Source of the DNA: Bryobacteraceae bacterium | GTDB taxonomy: Bacteria > Acidobacteriota > Terriglobia > Bryobacterales > Bryobacteraceae | DNA: 64,000 bases | Direction of reading: 5' to 3' | Assembly: GCA_965229305.1 (NCBI GenBank) | Contig: CBDDIZ010000011.1 | Span: 236-64,235 of the forward strand | Shown: positions 58,614 through 64,000 of the stretch, in pieces | Numbering within the stretch: the first letter of the stretch is position 1 | Layout: each line of letters starts with the position of its first letter | Translations under genes and position numbers: made by a program | The notes under the pieces: generated by a model | Seen by the model: the letters and a program-made list of their open reading frames with translations, nothing else | Databases searched by the model: none | Told to the model about the DNA's origin: nothing

Positions 58614-60412
58614 TGGGCGACCTCGGGCTGATCCCAGCGCATGTACATGGGGACGGCGACGACCAGATAGGTCTTGGCGGTGAGGGGCGTGGTAGCGCCA
58701 GGCGGCGTAAAGGTGGCGACCACCCAGACATCGCCGTAGTTGTTGGCGTTGAACTTGCGCTTCTCGTTGGGGCCTTCGAGGTTCGGGGTGAACAGGCCAT
58801 CAGCGCTGAGCGAGCCGACGAACTCCTTGTCATCATCGCCATAGTGGGAGGCGAACTCCTCGAGCGACCACTTCGCTTTCACCGGACCGAGCGGGACGTC
58901 GTCGGCCGTGTGGGGCTTCCCATCGAGGCCGTTGGACCAGGCGGTCGCTTCGAACTGGTAGAAGCCTTTGGGGTGCGTGTTGCCGCCGAGGCGGGCGAGG
59001 GCGCTGCCGGGCGTTTTGAGGTAGTCGATTTTCTGGTAGACGGCGAGGGCGCCGGGCAGCCCGGTGCGGCGAACGAAGATGTCGCGTTTCCCGGTGACGG
59101 CTTGCGCGGCGACGTCGACCTTGAGGGTGAGGCCGGTGGGCGATTGCGCGGTGATGGCGGTGACGGTGAGGCCGGTACCGAGGTCGAGGTCGGCGGGGGT
59201 GAGGCCGGTGGGCAGGCCATCGCCTAGGAGGCGCAGGGTGGCGCCTTTGGCGCCGGCGGGAAGCGCCTCAAGGTCAGTGGTGAGCAGAAGAGGACCGTCA
59301 CCGGCACGGCGGAGGGTGACGTCATAGCCGAACTCGTTATATCCGCCCCAGAACCAGCGCCCTTCGGCGGATTGCTGATCGCGGGAGAAGGTCATCACTT
59401 CCCGTTCTTCTTCGTGGGAGTTCGCGGTGGAGCGGCCGCGCCAGGCATAGCCGGTATAGACCACCGCTTTACCGGTGCGGGTGACCTTTTCGCCGGTTTG
59501 GAGCGAGGTGAGCGTGGTGCGAGCGGTGAACTCGTCGGGGCCGGCGTTCTCGATGATCATTTCGCCGACGAATTTGCCTTGGCCGGGGAGGACGGCGGTG
59601 ACGGCCCACCGGCCGGCCAGTTTGGGGGCGCGGCGGGTCGCCTGCCACTGAGCCCATTCGGGAGTGTGCAACGGGTTCGATTTGGCGAAGTGTTCGAGGG
59701 CGAGCTCGAAGGGCTCTTTGGCGGGAGGCGCTGGATTGGACGCCGGAGCCGGGGGACTGCCGCGGCCGGGCGGGCGGCGGAAGGAGGTGAACTCGACGAC
59801 CGGGAAGTAGCCGCGGTGCATGGCGCCCAGCAGGTCCCACTCTTCTTTGGTGCGTCGCCAGGAGTTGGGCTGGGCGAGCGGGTGGCAGGCGGCGCAGGAG
59901 TCGCGCAAGGTGTCCGAAGGGAGGACTTCGCTTTCCGGCTGGCGCTTCTCCCAATACCAGGCGACGGGCTTAGCTTCTTCGGGGGCGAGGCCATGGGTTT
60001 CGCTGAGGGCTTTGACGATTTCGCGCGCTTCGGCGGGGCTGAGAGCGAGGCCATTCAAGCGGACCATGCGTTTGATGATCTGCTGCCAGCCTTCGGGCGT
60101 GGTGCGTTCAAAAGCGAGCCGGGTGAGGTGGCCCTGGCCGTCGTCGCGATGGCAGCCGCCGCATTTGGCTTTGACGGTGGCGTTGGTGACGGGGATGCCG
60201 GGCTCGGGTCTTGCGCCAGGGGTGGCGGGCGGAGCAGTTTGAGCGAGCAGGAGGGAGCCGGCAGCGAACAGGAGGACAGCGGCGCGGGTCAGCAGCAAGA
60301 TGGGCTCCCTTCGAATGGACTTTTCGACAGTACGGACGGGGACAACACGACGCAAGGCTGCAGGGTTGCGACGAGGTCGGCGGAGACCTTGAGTTTTTGA
60401 TCGTAGTCGCAT
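58610..60412 (-). CDS. qhpA: Quinohemoprotein amine dehydrogenase alpha subunit (di-haem cytochrome c domain + beta domains), QhpA-type
   Basis: CGGCH and CAACH. RTTPEGWQQIIKRMVRLNGLALSPAEAREIVKAL is typical of the QhpA haem domain. Signal/anchor LLTRAAVLLFAAGSLLLAQT. The true start may lie downstream of 60412. Confidence 0.8.
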   Translation of the reverse strand: MRLRSKTQGLRRPRRNPAALRRVVPVRTVEKSIRREPILLLTRAAVLLFAAGSLLLAQTAPPATPGARPEPGIPVTNATVKAKCGGCHRDDGQGHLTRLAFERTTPEGWQQIIKRMVRLNGLALSPAEAREIVKALSETHGLAPEEAKPVAWYWEKRQPESEVLPSDTLRDSCAACHPLAQPNSWRRTKEEWDLLGAMHRGYFPVVEFTSFRRPPGRGSPPAPASNPAPPAKEPFELALEHFAKSNPLHTPEWAQWQATRRAPKLAGRWAVTAVLPGQGKFVGEMIIENAGPDEFTARTTLTSLQTGEKVTRTGKAVVYTGYAWRGRSTANSHEEEREVMTFSRDQQSAEGRWFWGGYNEFGYDVTLRRAGDGPLLLTTDLEALPAGAKGATLRLLGDGLPTGLTPADLDLGTGLTVTAITAQSPTGLTLKVDVAAQAVTGKRDIFVRRTGLPGALAVYQKIDYLKTPGSALARLGGNTHPKGFYQFEATAWSNGLDGKPHTADDVPLGPVKAKWSLEEFASHYGDDDKEFVGSLSADGLFTPNLEGPNEKRKFNANNYGDVWVVATFTPPGATTPLTAKTYLVVAVPMYMRWDQPEVAQ

Positions 60413-60515
60413 TCGCGAGGCGAGTCAAATGAGGGAGGTCGGCGCGACGGGGCGGCTGGTGGGCGCCCGAGGTCAGCGCGACGGCAGACCTCGGGCGATG
60501 AGGCGTTTCGGTTAT

Positions 60516-61237
60516 CAAACAGCAGGGCGGCCGAGGCCGCGATGGTCCGGAAAAACGCTTGGGTTCCCGCGGGAACCTGAGAGGCGAGTTCGTTTGTTTT
60601 GAGCGAGATCGCCGGGTTTGTTTTCTAACTTTTATTTTTTGGCTGGTGGTTTTTGAGGTTGCGGGCGAGGTGGGTGAGGTGACGCGGCGTGTCCAGACGG
60701 ACAGGGCGGGGGTTGCGCCAGCCACGATGTGAGGCGACGATGTCGTCGACAAGTTCGCAGATCTGTTCGAAGGCGGCCGGGTGGTCTTCTTCGAGAACGG
60801 CGTTGATGGCGTCGTTGATCAGGGGCCACAGATGCTCCTGGGTGGGCGAGTAAGTGGGATGGCTTTTGACGAGGACCACACGGTGGTCGGGTGGTTGGCC
60901 TGGAGCTCTTCTTCGTACGCGCGGCGGCGTGCTTCGCGCCGCTTTTCCAGTTCGGCGTCAGGTAGAAGGACCCAATGGCGTCCGGAACTGAAGTCCGGGA
61001 CGGGAAGCGAGTCGTAGTCGAAGTCAGTATAACGAGTCATGACGGAGTTCTCCGAGGGTGAGAGTAACAGGTCACTTACGATCTGCGGGCCGGCGGAGTG
61101 GATCAGATCTTTTGTCTTCAGGAAGTTACGAGAAACGAATTCTTCGTGAACGGGAACTGGCGGCGGGGCGGAACGTGAGGGGGCGCCGATGGAGGCGGAG
61201 AAGGTGGCGCGGCTTGGCAACGGGTGAGGTCGGTGAG
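60516..61237 (-). repeat. Repeat R, copy 2 (frameshifted ORF)
   Basis: Aligns with 50475-51230 and is roughly nine-tenths identical by eye in the ORF part. Contains the perfect 16-bp palindrome GGTTCCCGCGGGAACC at 60562-60577. Confidence 0.85.
60625..61040 (-). pseudogene. Frameshifted copy of the repeat-R ORF
   Basis: A 1-nt deletion near 60888 (GGTGGTCGGG versus GGTGGTCCGGG in copy 1) splits the reading frame into track ORFs 60819-61220 and 60625-60879. Confidence 0.75.
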
Positions 61238-61335
61238 CTGAGTTTGCGGTTAGGCTCTGGACGCGTCGCCGGGTGGATGCGGCGATGGCGGGCTAAGGTT
61301 GCGGTCGGTACCCTCGCTTGCGTCGGTGGTCCCGC

Positions 61336-61366
61336 ATTCTCTTTCCTGGTGCCGGACATGACCTAC
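61336..61366. repeat. Imperfect direct repeat, left copy
   Basis: ATTCTCTTTCCTGGTGCCGGACATGACCTAC matches 63346-63376 at 25 of 31 positions. The core TTCCTGGTGCCG is identical. Confidence 0.6.
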
Positions 61367-61520
61367 ATGTCTATGACAATGAGACCGTCGATGGCGGCGT
61401 GAACAAGGTGAACGACTACATCAAGATCGATGTTGCTGAAGCAACTCCGATGCTTGGAATGCTTCCTGTGTAGCATTTCGTTTGCATACCCGGTGCGCTT
61501 GATCGAAAAGCTTGGCCCGT

Positions 61521-61916
61521 TCAAACCTCCGTTCCCCACCCGTCATAAACAGCCTCACACTGAGCCGCTAGCCGCACCATTCCTTCGGTAAAGTCATCTC
61601 CGAGAATTTGGTCCGGCACGATAAGCGCTCCTGCTTCGATCCCCCATCGGTCTTCATCCTCTGGAGCCGGGGAAGGAGACAGCAGCTTAACGAGGAAGCC
61701 TTTCTTGAACAACTCCCGAGCCAGAACCGAAGCATCTCGCTGACTCCACGCCCAGAAGTGAATATCCGCAGGACACTGTTCACTCAAGTTCACTCCCTTA
61801 CCGACGAGTACTTGCCTCAAGTCAGCATTCCGTTTGCGGTGTTTCGCCAACGACTCGTGGACGTGGTCAGCCATTGGGTCCACAACTTCAATTCTGATTG
61901 AGCGGTCCGTATTCAT
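61521..61916 (-). CDS. RraB-like (regulator of ribonuclease activity B / DUF1260) domain protein
   Basis: ..ADIHFWAWSQRDASVLARELFKKGFLV..WGIEAGALIVPD..MVRLAAQCEAVYDGWGTEV. The C-terminal YDGWGT is characteristic. Start uncertain (61916 or 61874). The long N-terminus in the track looks non-coding. Confidence 0.6.
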   Translation of the reverse strand: MNTDRSIRIEVVDPMADHVHESLAKHRKRNADLRQVLVGKGVNLSEQCPADIHFWAWSQRDASVLARELFKKGFLVKLLSPSPAPEDEDRWGIEAGALIVPDQILGDDFTEGMVRLAAQCEAVYDGWGTEV

Positions 61917-62323
61917 CTTCAATGCGTTTCTGGCGTTTCGGGCCAATCGGGTTTCGCTAGTTTGTAGTCTGCGAGCCTGGCTTGTTCGCCGTGCCACCAA
62001 GTTCGTTGATTCTTGTCTGCTCGGCGACTTCACGAGCGTGGGATGGAAGCCGTATCTGGCGGATGGCAGTCGTGTATGGCGCCGCGCGGAGAGGCCAACA
62101 CCGCACGGAGAAGCCAAATGAAACATCGATTCCCATTCTGAAACTGACTCCTCTTCCGCGCAGCGAAACATGACCTCCCTTAACTCATTGATCCGCCGTC
62201 GTGGAATGCGGCGGGCGTGAGTAACTTGGGCGCCTACCGCGCGACTTACCGCCCTCATCAACTCTACGCCGTCAGCTAGGGGGCAATCGGGGCTCCACTC
62301 GATCAAAACCAGGGTCTATCGCC

Positions 62324-62600
62324 ATGACTTGGCTGCTCCTCGCTCCGTTCGCGGGGCAGCATGATGCCACCAGTTCTCTGCTTACCCATCGGGCCGGTCC
62401 CGTCAGTTGGGCACCTCGCTATGACGCCCAGTTTCTCGATGGCGCATCCTTCAACCCCTTTCTCCGCTACGTCGAACTGAACCCCGTTCGCGCCGGACTC
62501 ACCCATCGGGCGATCGAGTGGCCCTGGTCGAGCGCCAAGGTCCATGGCGCCGGCGTGGACCCCGATCCATCGCTCTCCGGCGACCGTTGGCCGCCCGTAT
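62324..62600 (+). pseudogene. C-terminal fragment of an IS200/RAYT-like (Y1) transposase
   Basis: FNPFLRYVELNPVRAGLTHRAIEWPWSSAKVH matches the conserved C-terminal Y..NPV.AGLV....WSS block. The catalytic N-terminal part is absent. Confidence 0.5.
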
Positions 62601-62743
62601 TCCGGCGGCAGGAGACCGTGGCGGTCGACAGGCATCGATCTCTTGATCAGCAGATCGAAGCCGAGCGCGCGAATCGTAATGGCTTCGCCGCTCTGCCGCC
62701 TTTCGCCTGTCGGATTCCCTCGCCGCCTTCTCGATCAGCCGGA

Positions 62744-63100
62744 TCATTTCTGCTTCCGAAAAGCAATTCCGAAGTCTGGGTCGACTGACAAGTCAATTCC
62801 TAACGGCGTTCGCGACGCATCCATGCTGCACATGTCAATGCGCTTGCCGAACCCATCTCTTGCGACGGACAAACATGGTCTGAGCAGCACATGCCCGCTC
62901 GAATAGTTCCAAGAGCCTTCAATCCGCTCGGTTGCAATCGTCTGAGAGAAATTCCCGTCTGGACCCAAGACAAGAGCGGATCTCCCTGCGTCAGACTCAA
63001 GCTGGTACCGACCGGAGAGCTCTCTGGAACTACTTGGGGTACACGCCACCGAAACAAGCAGCAAAACAATGAGAAGGACGAGAGCTGGTTCATATCGCAT
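62744..63100 (-). CDS. Small putative lipoprotein (118 aa)
   Basis: ATG at 63100 is preceded by GAGGAGAAC. Signal peptide with lipobox-like LLVSVAC. Confidence 0.45.
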   Translation of the reverse strand: MRYEPALVLLIVLLLVSVACTPSSSRELSGRYQLESDAGRSALVLGPDGNFSQTIATERIEGSWNYSSGHVLLRPCLSVARDGFGKRIDMCSMDASRTPLGIDLSVDPDFGIAFRKQK

Positions 63101-63345
63101 GAGTTCTCCTCTGTCCATGCAAAAGTCTGGAGGACATTGTTCGTCGGCCGGTCGGGCGCCCTGGATTGTCCCAAGCATTGGCTCTCTGACCAATCCACGG
63201 TCCCCACGTAGCCTGACCGACGAACGAGGAAACCCAACGCAAATTGGCGCGTACTGGATTTTACCGCCAGAGGGATAGCTCTCCGCGGTCAAACAAGCCA
63301 CCCGGGTTGTATTCGTAGTGGTGGGGTCGGCGATCCCCGCATCGG

Positions 63346-63376
63346 CCTCTCCTTCCTGGTGCCGAACATGGCCCAC
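63346..63376. repeat. Imperfect direct repeat, right copy
   Basis: CCTCTCCTTCCTGGTGCCGAACATGGCCCAC lies 2010 bp from the left copy. Weaker similarity extends ~15 bp further left (TCCCGCAT / TCCCCGCAT). Confidence 0.6.
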
Positions 63377-63392
63377 CCCTCGGCGGGATCTC

Positions 63393-63653
63393 TCACGCGC
63401 CCCGTTTTCGCAGCCGACTCGCCCATAAGAGCAGTGCCATGATCGCTAGAACCAATGACTCGTTCAATGCGATCTCCCAGCTTTTGGGAATCGCTAAGGG
63501 ATTGGGGTTCGTGTAGGACGGCGTCACGTGATAGAGCCATGCAATGACCTCTCTCATCCCGCCACGTAGCGCTAGCCTCGCCACGTAGGCTCCGCGCAAG
63601 GCTTGGAACACACCGAGTGCGAGAAACAGCGACCAAGCCACGGTACCGATCAC
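63393..63653 (-). CDS. Small hypothetical membrane protein
   Basis: GTG at 63653 gives VIGTVAWSLFLALGVFQAL and a second helix LVLAIMALLLWA. Begins 20 nt after the upstream HEXXH ORF stop. Start uncertain. Confidence 0.3.
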   Translation of the reverse strand: MIGTVAWSLFLALGVFQALRGAYVARLALRGGMREVIAWLYHVTPSYTNPNPLAIPKSWEIALNESLVLAIMALLLWASRLRKRGA

Positions 63654-63672
63654 CGAGCGGACTCTCGAAGCG

Positions 63673-64000
63673 CTATCTGGGGGCAAAGCGCCTCGCTCCC
63701 CTGTTGAACATGCCGCGGTTGGTCGGGAATCCTGGAGTCGGAATGGGGCGCGGCCCAAACTGCGACATTCGAATCGCATCCGTTTGAATGTCGGCCGCTG
63801 TGTTCGAGCCAAAGCCAACAATCTGAGAGAACCCGGGGCCGAGATCCGCTATCGGCCTCGTCGTATCACTCGCAAGACGGTGGCCGATCTCATGCGGTGG
63901 CGTGCCGCGGTGAAAATTGTTGAAATTCAGGAGGGTCATTGCAACTCCGGCGGAGATTCCGATTTTCCGCTGGCGGCCGAGCTTCCAATCTGGTTCGAGT
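63673..64000 (-). CDS. C-terminal part of a HEXXH-motif protein (putative zinc metallopeptidase domain); 5' end outside window
   Basis: The reading frame stays open from the ATG at 63939 up to the window edge (..LEPDWKLGRQRKIGISAGVAMTLLNFNNFHRGTPPHEIGH..). There is a single HEIGH motif and the family was not recognised. Confidence 0.35.
   Translation of the reverse strand, partial: LEPDWKLGRQRKIGISAGVAMTLLNFNNFHRGTPPHEIGHRLASDTTRPIADLGPGFSQIVGFGSNTAADIQTDAIRMSQFGPRPIPTPGFPTNRGMFNRGARRFAPR

Noticed and set aside
61367-61480. Plus-strand frame reading ..VYDNETVDGGVNKVNDYIKIDVAEATPMLGMLPV* as a possible gene fragment
   Set aside because: It has no start codon or recognisable family and is only ~40 plausible codons long. 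It may be a remnant, but this cannot be supported.

Overview
This is a visibly GC-rich bacterial chromosomal segment. Its gene content looks Acidobacteriota-like (Solibacter/Bryobacter-type), an inference from three CarboxypepD_reg-type TonB-dependent receptors, TPR plus FG-GAP/ASPIC proteins and many secreted redox proteins. No rRNA, tRNA or CRISPR array was seen. From left to right the window holds: (1) a housekeeping block of lon (5'-truncated by the window edge), engB and rho, then a large secreted S8 protease, a group-3 sigma factor and an amidase; (2) two tandem TonB-dependent receptors, then TPR, FG-GAP/ASPIC and beta-propeller::cytochrome-c-peroxidase genes; (3) an IS110-family insertion; (4) a third TonB-dependent receptor followed by a heptahaem cytochrome, then a PQQ dehydrogenase with a pentahaem cytochrome, and xthA; (5) small secreted proteins; (6) a minimal bacterial-microcompartment locus with a class II aldolase, one BMC-H and three BMC-P genes; (7) rhomboid, transporter, ankyrin and NarL-type two-component genes; (8) the most interesting part, a complete quinohemoprotein amine dehydrogenase (qhp) operon at 51.5-60.4 kb. 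In that operon the gamma-subunit peptide gene is hidden inside a spurious longer ORF. The expected flavin monooxygenase QhpG is absent from the window, and a pair of peptidase-U32-family genes sits in its place. The operon is bracketed by two direct ~0.75-kb repeats, one with an intact unknown ORF and one frameshifted, and its left edge carries a decayed segmental duplication. The last 2.7 kb is a lower-GC islet with an RraB-like gene, a transposase fragment, small lipoprotein and membrane ORFs, and a partial HEXXH protein running off the window. Many long antisense ORFs in the track are GC-driven shadow ORFs and were not called.
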